Positions 6,552 through 15,451 of a stretch of 64,000 nt of DNA are shown here, one piece after another. This DNA is from Escherichia phage PECP14. The first letter of the stretch is position 1. Each line of letters starts with the position of its first letter. The notes beneath the pieces are model-generated. The model did no database searches, was not told the origin of the DNA, and worked only from the letters and a program-made list of their open reading frames with translations. The stretch lies in the sequence record OQ870555.1; one strand, 5' to 3'. The translations under genes and the position numbers were made by a program.

Positions 6552-8216
6552 ATGAATATTTCCGCAGAAAAACAAGCTCAAATTCTGAAAATGGCCGCAG
6601 ATTTTAACTTCTACGGTAAGCGTTTACGCGCTACTAAATTGGAAGTTTGCGACGATATTTCAAAAGCTGTTTATGATACGCCGAAACATTCGACCGCAAT
6701 TTGTGACTGGTTAGAAGCAAATAAGCCAGCGAAACCGAAAGCGGCAAAAGCTGAAAAGGCGATTAAAAATGATGATCGCCCCGAAGCGGCGGGAATTGTT
6801 TCTAGTACCGTTGAACAATGGGAAGTTAAATCCGGTCGCCGTTTTATTCTAACGTCGATTCAAAATAATACTTTCCCGCATAAAAACTTTTTAGCAAGTC
6901 TGGAAAAATTCGCTGAATATTGCGGCGCTGAATTGCTGATTAGTAAATTCATTTATAATAAAAATGGATTCCAGAACGGGGAAGGGGCAAACGGTATTAA
7001 ATACGATCCCGCATTTGATAAATATGTTTGTGATAAAAACGTATTTTTAAATAATCGCCGCTTTGCTTTCATGGCTGAAATTAACGTTTTACCAACGGCA
7101 GATTATCCGCTTTCAGGATTCGCAGAAACCGCCACGGCTTTAAATATCGAAGGTCTGGCAATTGGTCACGCTAAAATCACCGCTGAAAGTGTGCCAGCGT
7201 TAAAAGGTGAAGTCGTGCGCCGTATGTATTCAACCGGAACGGCGACACTAAAAAACTATATCCAGCAAAAGGCGGGACAAAAAGCCGAGGCTTTACATAA
7301 TTTCGGCGCTTTGCTGGTAGAGTTTGACGACGACGGAGAATTTTATTGCCGCCAGCTTGAAACAATGGACGAAAGCGGAATGTTCTACGATTTGAACGTG
7401 TGCGCTACCGCTACCGGATGTTATGAAACATCGGGCCATGTTCTAGGCTTGCAATATGGCGATATTCACGCCGAAAAACTAGATGATGATTGCGCCGTCG
7501 CTTCATGGGCTAGTGAAAACAGCTTGCTTGATATTCTTAAACCGAAATATCAATTTATTCATGATGTGCATGATTTTACATCCCGCAATCACCATAACCG
7601 CGCAAGTGGTGTATTCCTTGCTAAACAGTACGCCGCAGGACGTGATAAAGTTATTGATGATTTGATTGATACCGGTCGCGTGTTGGAATCTATGGAGCGT
7701 GATTTCTCTCAAACAATCATTGTGGAATCTAACCATGATTTAGCTCTTTCACGCTGGCTAGATGATCGTAACGCTAACATTAAGGACGATCCCGCAAACG
7801 CGGAACTGTATCACCGTCTAAACGCTGCGATTTACGCCGCTATTGCTGAAAAGGATGATACCTTTAACGTGCTAGATTACGCCTTGCGGAACGTCGCAGG
7901 ATGCGAATTTAACGCCATTTTCTTGACTACTGACCAGTCATTTAAAATCGCTGGCATTGAATGCGGCGTACATGGTCACAACGGCATTAACGGCAGTCGG
8001 GGCAATCCTAAGCAGTTTAAAAAGTTGGGACGCCTTAACACTGGTCATACTCATACGGCTAGCATTTACGGCGGCGTTTATACCGCTGGCGTGGCGGGGT
8101 CGCTTGATATGGGCTACAACGTGGGCGCGTCAAGCTGGACGCAAACGCATTTAATTACCTATGCAAACGGTCAAAGAACATTGATTGACTTTAAGAATGG
8201 TAAATTCTTTGCATAA
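6552..8216 (+). CDS. A1: A1-like pre-early protein, calcineurin-type metallophosphoesterase (554 aa)
   Basis: Phosphoesterase motifs GDIHAE and ESNHDL in the translation; size and position next to A2-like and dmp genes match my recollection of T5 A1 (about 556 aa). Confidence 0.8.
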   Translation: MNISAEKQAQILKMAADFNFYGKRLRATKLEVCDDISKAVYDTPKHSTAICDWLEANKPAKPKAAKAEKAIKNDDRPEAAGIVSSTVEQWEVKSGRRFILTSIQNNTFPHKNFLASLEKFAEYCGAELLISKFIYNKNGFQNGEGANGIKYDPAFDKYVCDKNVFLNNRRFAFMAEINVLPTADYPLSGFAETATALNIEGLAIGHAKITAESVPALKGEVVRRMYSTGTATLKNYIQQKAGQKAEALHNFGALLVEFDDDGEFYCRQLETMDESGMFYDLNVCATATGCYETSGHVLGLQYGDIHAEKLDDDCAVASWASENSLLDILKPKYQFIHDVHDFTSRNHHNRASGVFLAKQYAAGRDKVIDDLIDTGRVLESMERDFSQTIIVESNHDLALSRWLDDRNANIKDDPANAELYHRLNAAIYAAIAEKDDTFNVLDYALRNVAGCEFNAIFLTTDQSFKIAGIECGVHGHNGINGSRGNPKQFKKLGRLNTGHTHTASIYGGVYTAGVAGSLDMGYNVGASSWTQTHLITYANGQRTLIDFKNGKFFA

Positions 8217-8268
8217 TTAAATTTAATCGGCGGTTGAAATATACCGCCATTAATAAAAGGTTTATTAA

Positions 8269-8526
8269 ATGAATATTGTATTACCTAAAACACTGGATAA
8301 AAAGCAGTATATAACGCCGGATGATATGGAATGCGGCAAGGTATACCAATTCGATTATATGTTGGCTAGTCCGACGAATACAGGTTGTATTATTGCAGTT
8401 GATACCCGTGATAATGACGTATTAACGTTTAATGATTATTCTGACTTTATGGAATGGTTAGATGATCAAAGTATTACTAATAACGGCGAATTAACGCCGT
8501 ATCAATTAACAATTGCAATTAAATAA
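8269..8526 (+). CDS. hypothetical protein (85 aa)
   Basis: ORF between the A1 and A2-like genes. Confidence 0.45.
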   Translation: MNIVLPKTLDKKQYITPDDMECGKVYQFDYMLASPTNTGCIIAVDTRDNDVLTFNDYSDFMEWLDDQSITNNGELTPYQLTIAIK

Positions 8527-8562
8527 ATTAATCCCGTAATTAAATAATCTGGAGTCATAAAC

Positions 8563-8955
8563 ATGAAACAACAAAATATTCCTTTTGATCGCGCTACTTC
8601 TTCCATCGTTCTAGTTTATTCTAATGGCGAACGTTATCACGTCGAGGCGGGGCAAGTTAATTTAGATTTGCTGAATTATAACGACGCTTTGCAGGTTACT
8701 ACCTTTGCTTATGATACCGGCAAAGTGGCAAGCCATACAAAAGCAAAAGGCGTTTACGCTGATACTTTGACAGTGCAAACAATTATTATTGATGCGCTTA
8801 AATCCGGTCTAGCGTTTGCAGTTGTTAAGCCGTGTCCGGTCTGCCATCCCGAAGCTAGCGCGATGGTTTACACTTGCGCGGGGATTCGCTCTAGTGTACA
8901 TGGTGAAGATCTTAGCTTTATCGCCGATGCTCTCGCTTTTGGTCTGGCGTTCTAA
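8563..8955 (+). CDS. A2-like pre-early protein (130 aa)
   Basis: Size and position after A1 are consistent with T5 A2 (about 14-15 kDa); assigned by synteny only. Confidence 0.5.
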   Translation: MKQQNIPFDRATSSIVLVYSNGERYHVEAGQVNLDLLNYNDALQVTTFAYDTGKVASHTKAKGVYADTLTVQTIIIDALKSGLAFAVVKPCPVCHPEASAMVYTCAGIRSSVHGEDLSFIADALAFGLAF

Positions 8956-8978
8956 TAGTTAATTGAACATTGCCAGCT

Positions 8979-9009
8979 AATCTAATATAATTAGCTGGCA
9001 AGATTGAAT
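8979..9009. other. Perfect 11-bp stem hairpin TGCCAGCTAAT-N7-ATTAGCTGGCA between A2-like gene and dmp
   Basis: Read directly; no T-run follows, so it may be a processing or regulatory structure rather than a terminator. Confidence 0.5.
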
Positions 9010-9042
9010 TAACCTAAATCCCTTAAATGGAGAATGTAACAA

Positions 9043-9777
9043 ATGAATCAAGTCAACATGAATATTACCCGCACTTTCCCGCATATTTCCCGCGTTATGA
9101 TTTGGGATTTAGACGGAACGATTATAAATTCTTTCCATCGTGTAGCGCCTTGCTTTGACGATAACGGGAATTTAGATTTAGTTAAGTATTCCCGCGAAGC
9201 CTGCAAACATGAATTAATTATGCAGGATTCCTTATTACCATTGGTTGAATATATGCGCCAATGTATGAATGATCCCAATACCTTAAACCTTATTTGTACC
9301 GCTCGCTTAATGGGTAAATCTGATTATTATTTCTTGCGTAAACAAAGTCTAAGAGGGCGCGGAAATAGTAATATTCGCGTATTTTCCCGCGATACATTAC
9401 ATAAATACTTTGATGCAAATAAGGTTAGCGAAATATACCACAGTAAAGACGCTGTATATAAATCTTATTACTTTGAACTGTTTAAACAGCTATACCCTAA
9501 CGCTGATTTTACGATGATTGATGATCATAAAGGTGTATTATCGGCGGCGGCAAGTGCTGGATTTAAAACGCTGGACGCTCAAGCCGTTAATGATATCCTA
9601 TCAATCGGGGTAACATTGATCGGTGAAACCTTTATTGATGAATCGTTAGATGATGATAACGATTATCAATTCCTAGCCGAACGTTTAAAAATGTGTTGGG
9701 AAGGTATGACCGAGGAAGAACGCGCGGAATATAGTACCACACCGCAACAATTCATTGATAAATTAAAAGTTGCCTAA
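9043..9777 (+). CDS. dmp: 5'-deoxyribonucleotidase, HAD superfamily (244 aa)
   Basis: HAD motif I (IWDLDGTII) near the N-terminus; length matches my recollection of T5 Dmp. Confidence 0.75.
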   Translation: MNQVNMNITRTFPHISRVMIWDLDGTIINSFHRVAPCFDDNGNLDLVKYSREACKHELIMQDSLLPLVEYMRQCMNDPNTLNLICTARLMGKSDYYFLRKQSLRGRGNSNIRVFSRDTLHKYFDANKVSEIYHSKDAVYKSYYFELFKQLYPNADFTMIDDHKGVLSAAASAGFKTLDAQAVNDILSIGVTLIGETFIDESLDDDNDYQFLAERLKMCWEGMTEEERAEYSTTPQQFIDKLKVA

Positions 9778-9795
9778 CAATTAAAAATAAAATAG

Positions 9796-9830
9796 TCACG
9801 GTGTGTAACGATAACATGCCGTGACTATTA
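9796..9830 (-). terminator. Rho-independent terminator (stem TAGTCACGG / CCGTGACTA, then TTTTATTTTT on minus strand)
   Basis: 9-bp stem plus T-run; closes the leftward small-gene operon and lies just after the dmp stop. Confidence 0.55.
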
Positions 9831-9935
9831 GCTTGCTAAGTACCGGGGCGGTAATGAGACTCATTCTCATCTAGGGAACCTCTGGGCACACCTTCATGTG
9901 TAATCTTAGGAGATTTGGCAAAAGTCAAATTAGCG

Positions 9936-10151
9936 CTATTTACGGACTGACTGCTTGAGAATGGACTGCCATAGAGGGTCAGTCTTAACAAGATTATTGA
10001 TGTACTCAATAGCTTCATCAAATCTCATAAATCCTTCTGGAATTTCCGAAGACTTAGGAAGAACCTGTAGTAACTCCTGAGTGATGCCCATCTTTTCAAG
10101 TTCTTCTTGGGTTATCTCAAACTCCCCGAAAAACTTCCCGAATTCTTTCAT
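9936..10151 (-). CDS. hypothetical small soluble protein (about 71 aa)
   Basis: ATG at 10151 overlaps the TGA of the upstream gene (ATGA) and is preceded by AGGAGAAG; the longer listed ORF (to 10232) is probably an upstream extension. Confidence 0.4.
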   Translation of the reverse strand: MKEFGKFFGEFEITQEELEKMGITQELLQVLPKSSEIPEGFMRFDEAIEYINNLVKTDPLWQSILKQSVRK

Positions 10152-10393
10152 GAGCTTCTCCTGTCTACTGGCTTGTCTCCCGATTCTGACATACGAAATC
10201 TCCTCCGCGACGCCCGAGATCCATCCGACCACTCTCGCTCAAACTCCTCCCGTTTCTCCGCAAACCTCCGCTCCCTTTCCGAAAGCTCCCGCGATACTCC
10301 CGCAACATATTCACGATGCTTGTTAATAGCCCCGAGTGTTCCGAAGATTCCCGCAAGTACCCCGATAATGAAGATAGCTACAAAGCTAAACAT
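10148..10393 (-). CDS. small membrane protein (81 aa; N-terminal transmembrane helix, charged Arg/Glu-rich tail)
   Basis: N-terminus MFSFVAIFIIGVLAGIFGTLGA is hydrophobic; start overlaps the stop of the 34-aa ORF (TAATG). Confidence 0.45.
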   Translation of the reverse strand: MFSFVAIFIIGVLAGIFGTLGAINKHREYVAGVSRELSERERRFAEKREEFEREWSDGSRASRRRFRMSESGDKPVDRRSS

Positions 10394-10497
10394 TATTTAT
10401 CTCCCCGCAGCTTACGTTCGATACGAGCTAAATGGTTATCTAGAATGCACTGCCCGATAATTACCACAACTAGTAAAGCAATAATCACTACTTCCAT
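10393..10497 (-). CDS. very small transmembrane peptide (34 aa, MEVVIIALLVVVIIGQCILDNHLARIERKLRGDK)
   Basis: Hand-translated (below the 60-aa ORF cutoff); start and stop both overlap neighbouring genes by TAATG. Confidence 0.3.
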   Translation of the reverse strand: MEVVIIALLVVVIIGQCILDNHLARIERKLRGDK

Positions 10498-10682
10498 TAT
10501 AACCACCCCGCCATAGCTGCTAACCAAAAGAGTACAAAGATAAAGAATAATACAGTTCCGAATCCGAAACTATTTATCCAACTTTCGTATACTTCTCCGC
10601 GTCTGTTCTTTCTTCTGTTGTCGTTTGACATCTCTTTGCTTCTCCTGTAAGCCTGGTATTTGGAAGATTCTAGCAATTGCAC
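10497..10682 (-). CDS. small tail-anchored membrane protein (61 aa or shorter; C-terminal transmembrane helix)
   Basis: C-terminus FGFGTVLFFIFVLFWLAAMAGWL is hydrophobic; overlaps the upstream 104-aa ORF, so the exact start is uncertain. Confidence 0.4.
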   Translation of the reverse strand: MQLLESSKYQAYRRSKEMSNDNRRKNRRGEVYESWINSFGFGTVLFFIFVLFWLAAMAGWL

Positions 10683-10884
10683 GAACCATTACGACTGTCC
10701 CGATAAGATCCATTACTTCGTCGAAGCCGGATTCTTCTAGTAAGAAGGATGTTCCCATCACGTCTTCCATTGTATCTTCTATGACGTCTTGAATGATTTC
10801 GTTAATTGCATCATGTATTGCTTTAGTCCTGGGATCTATTTCAAAGTTAACAGGTTCCTGAAAGGACTTTTCTTCATCTTGCAT
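10570..10884 (-). CDS. hypothetical acidic protein (104 aa)
   Basis: ORF immediately downstream of llp on the same strand; acidic N-terminal half. Confidence 0.4.
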   Translation of the reverse strand: MQDEEKSFQEPVNFEIDPRTKAIHDAINEIIQDVIEDTMEDVMGTSFLLEESGFDEVMDLIGTVVMVRAIARIFQIPGLQEKQRDVKRQQKKEQTRRSIRKLDK

Positions 10885-10958
10885 TGTGTTTGCTACCTGT
10901 ACCTCATCCCAGAAATAAAAATTTTTGTTTACTTCGAGATCTTTTTACTTTATACTAA

Positions 10959-11225
10959 TTACAAGTGACCAGATTGTTCTAGTTTAAATTTGCAATCGCC
11001 ATATTTGAGGTCAAACTGTGACAAATCCCACCACCCAAACTTAGTGCGTAACTGAGTTTTAGGGAATCGGTAGCCCACAGTACGTGCTTCTCGAATATCT
11101 AAAGCATAGTGTTCTTCACCAACATGACCATAAGACTTCACGTATGCCTTACAGAATGGCTCGGGAGCCGGTACACAACCCGTCAACACTGCTGCTGCAA
11201 CTACGATGGCTAGTAACTTTTTCAT
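10959..11225 (-). CDS. llp: Llp-like lipoprotein (receptor-blocking superinfection-exclusion protein, 88 aa)
   Basis: Signal peptide plus lipobox (AAAVLTGC); divergently placed next to the receptor-binding-protein gene, as I recall for T5 llp/oad. Confidence 0.75.
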   Translation of the reverse strand: MKKLLAIVVAAAVLTGCVPAPEPFCKAYVKSYGHVGEEHYALDIREARTVGYRFPKTQLRTKFGWWDLSQFDLKYGDCKFKLEQSGHL

Positions 11226-11254
11226 AATCGTTCCTCTGTTTAATTTATAAATAT

Positions 11255-11283
11255 ATTATAGCAAAATAGAGGGATCTAAGCAA
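11255..11283 (-). promoter_or_regulatory. Early sigma70-type promoter for llp (TTGCTT-N17-TATAAT)
   Basis: Minus-strand -35 TTGCTT at 11278-11283 and -10 TATAAT at 11255-11260 with a 17-nt spacer and AT-rich downstream region. Confidence 0.6.
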
Positions 11284-11308
11284 ATACATTTTTAAAGAAG
11301 GAGATTGT

Positions 11309-13090
11309 ATGAGTTTTTTCGCAGGAAAATTTAGTGATGGTAAAACTGTATTATCTCTAAACGCTGCTAATGGTGGTGATATAAATCAGCACTACTCTCC
11401 AAATACTAATAGTATCTTCCACTCAGATATGCCCTTCGTCCTAGTTGATGGGACTTATGAGGCTGCCCTAGGTGATGCAGGTAATGGGTACTTTGTTACT
11501 CAGATGCCTTGGGATATTATAAACATTAAATCCAATGATCCTGGTAGAGTTATATTAACTGCTATTGAGATAAATGGTACTCATAGGGGTTTCCTTAATG
11601 GTACACAATCTCAGGTTGGCCAGTTCTTATCATTCTTTGAAGACCAACCACGTGCTGGTGCTGAACTGGCTATAACATCTGCTTTTGCAATCGGTGATAG
11701 TTTAGCTCACGGTACTTATATATATAATGGTGGTCTTGGTCATGAGGAATCTATTGCTAGGCAAGGAACTGGTGGTACTTTACTACAATCTTCCGGTTTC
11801 CAGATCTTTAGACCTGGTGGTGTTTCCGCAGGTGAAGCTATTTCCAGAGCCTGGGGATTAATGGGCTTTCCTACTGGTGTTTCTACTGTTCCTATAGATG
11901 GTGGTAACGCCGATTATTGGGAACCTAACTGGCAAGCGCCTGTTGGTTCTGCTGGTAGAGGCCATGATTGGTTTTATGTTTGTAATTCTAATATTCGTGG
12001 CTTCGCAGGTAAGAAAGGTGTACTACCAGATAACGTAAACGTTCTTTACCAATCTCCTGCATATCCAGAAAAAATATATGTTTGTAGAGGTTCTACTTCT
12101 AATATGGCTGCTCAGTCTGCTAGAAAGGTATATGTACAGGACTGGTATAACGTTACGCCAACTAAGGTTATTTGGTATGTGCTAAATCTGCGCTATTCTA
12201 ATGGTAGTATGGGGGTTTCTGGTAATCCATTTACCGGTTCAGATATCCTAATATCTCCATCTAACTTTACTATTAAAGGTGTTAGCCTACCAAATACAGG
12301 CTATAAATTTATTAACCAGAATGCTTTCGGAAACTTAGGCTATCGCCCTGATATGGAGTATGTTGGTAATAACGCCGCGTATACCGGAGTTTTTGGTGAT
12401 AATACTGCACGATGTGAATTTATTGGCTCTAGTAACGGTGGGTTGTGGTCACCCGTTAACTATGGGGGTGCAGCTTCTCAAATTAGCCTATATAAATTTG
12501 GTGTAGGTAAACAATGGTATGTAGATACTAATACCAACTCCATTGGTAATGAACATGGACCTGTCTGGAGTCCTAGTACTGTACCCCTCAGGTTATTCCC
12601 AGGCAACGTTGCAAGTACTTATGTAGGGGATGATATAACTCCATCCTACCCTGGTGCTGGTGACTTCTACACACCTTTGGCCACAGTTTGGTTGGGATTA
12701 CCAAATGCTCACTCTACTGTTATATTAACTACTGAAGTTATTATGGGTAATCTTAATACTGCTGGAATGCCTGTGCGTACTTATGGTGGTAGTGCTTGGC
12801 AGGTACAAGGTAGACGTCAACAAAGTTATACAGCTGGTGATGGTGTATTCCATCAGATTCTTACTCTGCCACCTGGCTATCTAGTACCTTATCACAGTAC
12901 AACTTCCTATAGTTATACACAAACTTGGGCTAGTAGGCCAGATGAGTTTGCTTTCCGTAGGAACGGATATATTTATACTATTAAAAACCTTGGTAATGGC
13001 AACGTTGAGTTGGGTGTTATCATTCACGCTGCAGAAGCGGCAGCTGTTTTCTTGCCAAGACTACGTGTAACAGTTCAACGCCTAACCTAA
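11309..13090 (+). CDS. receptor-binding tail protein (pb5-like, 593 aa)
   Basis: Large Gly/Asn/Thr-rich protein divergent from llp and just upstream of the terminase genes; assigned by synteny. Receptor specificity cannot be read from sequence. Confidence 0.7.
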   Translation: MSFFAGKFSDGKTVLSLNAANGGDINQHYSPNTNSIFHSDMPFVLVDGTYEAALGDAGNGYFVTQMPWDIINIKSNDPGRVILTAIEINGTHRGFLNGTQSQVGQFLSFFEDQPRAGAELAITSAFAIGDSLAHGTYIYNGGLGHEESIARQGTGGTLLQSSGFQIFRPGGVSAGEAISRAWGLMGFPTGVSTVPIDGGNADYWEPNWQAPVGSAGRGHDWFYVCNSNIRGFAGKKGVLPDNVNVLYQSPAYPEKIYVCRGSTSNMAAQSARKVYVQDWYNVTPTKVIWYVLNLRYSNGSMGVSGNPFTGSDILISPSNFTIKGVSLPNTGYKFINQNAFGNLGYRPDMEYVGNNAAYTGVFGDNTARCEFIGSSNGGLWSPVNYGGAASQISLYKFGVGKQWYVDTNTNSIGNEHGPVWSPSTVPLRLFPGNVASTYVGDDITPSYPGAGDFYTPLATVWLGLPNAHSTVILTTEVIMGNLNTAGMPVRTYGGSAWQVQGRRQQSYTAGDGVFHQILTLPPGYLVPYHSTTSYSYTQTWASRPDEFAFRRNGYIYTIKNLGNGNVELGVIIHAAEAAAVFLPRLRVTVQRLT

Positions 13091-13100
13091 AGGAGGATAT

Positions 13101-13583
13101 ATGGCAAATGATGTATTAGTTCCCGATCTCATGTCTCCCGAAGGCATGGATGTTATTGAAGCCTATTTACAATGCGGTAGTGATGTTCCTGCCGCTGCTC
13201 GTAGTCTTGGGATGTCCGAGATTGCATTCCGTGATATAATGAATCGTGGGGAAGTTAAAAACTATCTTAACGATATCTTTATGGAAAGCGGCTTCCGTAA
13301 TCGTGACCGTTTGTTTGGGGTTCTTGATGAAGTTATCAAGCGTAAGCTAGAAGAACTTGAAGAAACTGGCATGGGTTCTGACCAGGATATCATGGATATT
13401 CTCTGGAAGGCGCACAAGATGAAAATGGAAGAAATGAAAATGATGGTAGAACTGGAGAAAGTGAAGGCAGCAGCCCGTACTCCGGCTAACCAGACTAACA
13501 TTCAGAATAATATTATTGCTGGAAGTGGTGACGAAAACTATATGAATCTTATTACCGCTCTAGCAGGAGGAGGTAAGAGATAA
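13101..13583 (+). CDS. terminase small subunit (160 aa)
   Basis: Immediately upstream of and overlapping the large terminase (ATGA); helix-turn-helix-like N-terminus and coiled-coil C-terminus. Confidence 0.6.
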   Translation: MANDVLVPDLMSPEGMDVIEAYLQCGSDVPAAARSLGMSEIAFRDIMNRGEVKNYLNDIFMESGFRNRDRLFGVLDEVIKRKLEELEETGMGSDQDIMDILWKAHKMKMEEMKMMVELEKVKAAARTPANQTNIQNNIIAGSGDENYMNLITALAGGGKR

Positions 13584-14899
13584 TGAAAGTCTCTAGAGAC
13601 TATATTAACACCACAGATGTTATTGACTTTGGTATTGACAAACGATTCTTTCGTCTACCAGTCTCTAGCATCCTAGCACAAGAGGGAATTACACCTAATG
13701 CCCCTCAAATTGCAATTATTAATGCGTTGGAAGACCCAAGACACCGTTTCGTGACCGCATGTGTATCACGTCGTGTAGGTAAGTCATTCATCGCATATAC
13801 ACTTGGGTTCCTGAAGCTTCTGGAGCCTAATGTGAAGGTGCTAGTAGTTGCACCTAACTACTCACTGGCTAACATCGGTTGGTCTCAGATTCGTGGTCTT
13901 ATTAAGAAATATGGGCTACAGACTGAACGTGAGAACGCCAAAGATAAGGAGATTGAACTAGCGAATGGTTCTCTCTTTAAGCTGGCTTCTGCGGCACAGG
14001 CTGACTCCGCGGTTGGTCGTTCGTATGACTTCATCATCTTTGACGAAGCAGCTATTTCCGATGTTGGTGGTGCAGCTTTCGATATTCAGTTACGTCCTAC
14101 CCTAGATAAACCAAACTCTAAAGCTCTATTTATTTCTACACCTCGTGGTGGTAACTGGTTCAAAGAGTTCTACGAGAAAGGATTTAATGAAACGTTACCT
14201 AACTGGGTATCTATTCATGGTACATATCGTGATAACCCACGTGCTGACCTGAACGATATCGAGGAAGCGCGTCGTACTGTTAGTAAAAATTACTTCCGTC
14301 AAGAATACGAGGCTGACTTCTCCGTATTCGAAGGTCAGATCTTTGATACCTTCAATGCTATCGAGCATGTTAAAGACCTCAAAGGTATGCGTCACTTCTT
14401 TAAAGATGATGAGGCTTTCGAAACATTACTTGGTATCGACGTTGGTTATCGTGACCCTACAGCAGTTCTTACTATCAAGTATCACTACGATGAAGATGTT
14501 TATTACGTACTGGAAGAATATCAGCAAGCTGAAAAGACTACAGCTCAACACGCTGCTTACATACAGCACTGTATAGATCGTTATAACGTTGATCGTATAT
14601 TTGTAGACTCCGCTGCTGCTCAGTTCCGTCAGGACTTGGCATATGAACATGAAATCGCTTCTGCTCCTGCTAAGAAATCTGTCCTAGATGGTCTGGCATG
14701 CCTACAAGCACTGTTCCAGCAAGGTAAGATCATCGTAGATGCTTCATGTACCTCATTGATCCACGCCCTAGCGAACTACAAGTGGGACTTCCAGGAGGGC
14801 GAAGAGAAATTATCACGTGAAAAACCACGTCATGATGCGAACTCTCACCTTTGTGACGCACTGCGTTATGGAATTTACTCAATTTCCCGTGGGAAATAA
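13583..14899 (+). CDS. terminase large subunit (438 aa)
   Basis: Walker A-like CVSRRVGKS and Walker B DFIIFDEAA; length matches my recollection of T5 TerL. Confidence 0.9.
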   Translation: MKVSRDYINTTDVIDFGIDKRFFRLPVSSILAQEGITPNAPQIAIINALEDPRHRFVTACVSRRVGKSFIAYTLGFLKLLEPNVKVLVVAPNYSLANIGWSQIRGLIKKYGLQTERENAKDKEIELANGSLFKLASAAQADSAVGRSYDFIIFDEAAISDVGGAAFDIQLRPTLDKPNSKALFISTPRGGNWFKEFYEKGFNETLPNWVSIHGTYRDNPRADLNDIEEARRTVSKNYFRQEYEADFSVFEGQIFDTFNAIEHVKDLKGMRHFFKDDEAFETLLGIDVGYRDPTAVLTIKYHYDEDVYYVLEEYQQAEKTTAQHAAYIQHCIDRYNVDRIFVDSAAAQFRQDLAYEHEIASAPAKKSVLDGLACLQALFQQGKIIVDASCTSLIHALANYKWDFQEGEEKLSREKPRHDANSHLCDALRYGIYSISRGK

Positions 14900-14910
14900 A
14901 TAAGTATAGG

Positions 14911-14939
14911 ATGGGATACTACTCAGTTGGTATCCCATT
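14911..14939 (+). terminator. Hairpin ATGGGATAC-N10-GTATCCCAT after the large terminase gene
   Basis: Perfect 9-bp stem followed by TCCTGCATTTT. Confidence 0.45.
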
Positions 14940-15013
14940 CCTGCATTTTAAAATCCCCTTTACAAATTCGACATGATTATGTATACTATATTCATACAGT
15001 TGAGGAGAATACT

Positions 15014-15451
15014 GTGGCAGGAAATGTAAAATATAAACGTGATGCTATATCACTCATGCGAGACGGTATAAAAAGTCAATATAAAAAAGCCGATCGCTGC
15101 GAAATCTGTGGTTGTGGTGAAGAATTAGAGCTTCATCATTACCATACAGTGTCTCTACTAGTTAAAAAATTTGCTAAAGAACTCCAATTGGATTTCACTG
15201 ACGAAGAAACAGTCCTCTCAAATAGGACGGCATTCTATGAAAGATATAGGCATGAGCTAGTAGATGACACTGTTACCCTTTGTGTCCACCATCACCAACT
15301 ATTACATAAGGTGTACACTAAAGAACCTCCCCTTTTCTCTGCTAATAAGCAGAAGGTATGGGTTCTTAAACAAAAGGAAAAGCTACAGAATCCTCAAGAA
15401 AAGACACAAGTCAAGACTGAAATTAAATCAGGATTCGCAAGGTTCTTATAA
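15014..15451 (+). CDS. HNH-family endonuclease-like protein (about 145 aa; start uncertain)
   Basis: Cys/His-rich motifs CEICGCGEELELHHYH and CVHHHQLLH; GTG at 15014 is preceded by GAGGAG, whereas the listed ORF begins upstream at a TTG inside the hairpin. Confidence 0.55.
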   Translation: MAGNVKYKRDAISLMRDGIKSQYKKADRCEICGCGEELELHHYHTVSLLVKKFAKELQLDFTDEETVLSNRTAFYERYRHELVDDTVTLCVHHHQLLHKVYTKEPPLFSANKQKVWVLKQKEKLQNPQEKTQVKTEIKSGFARFL

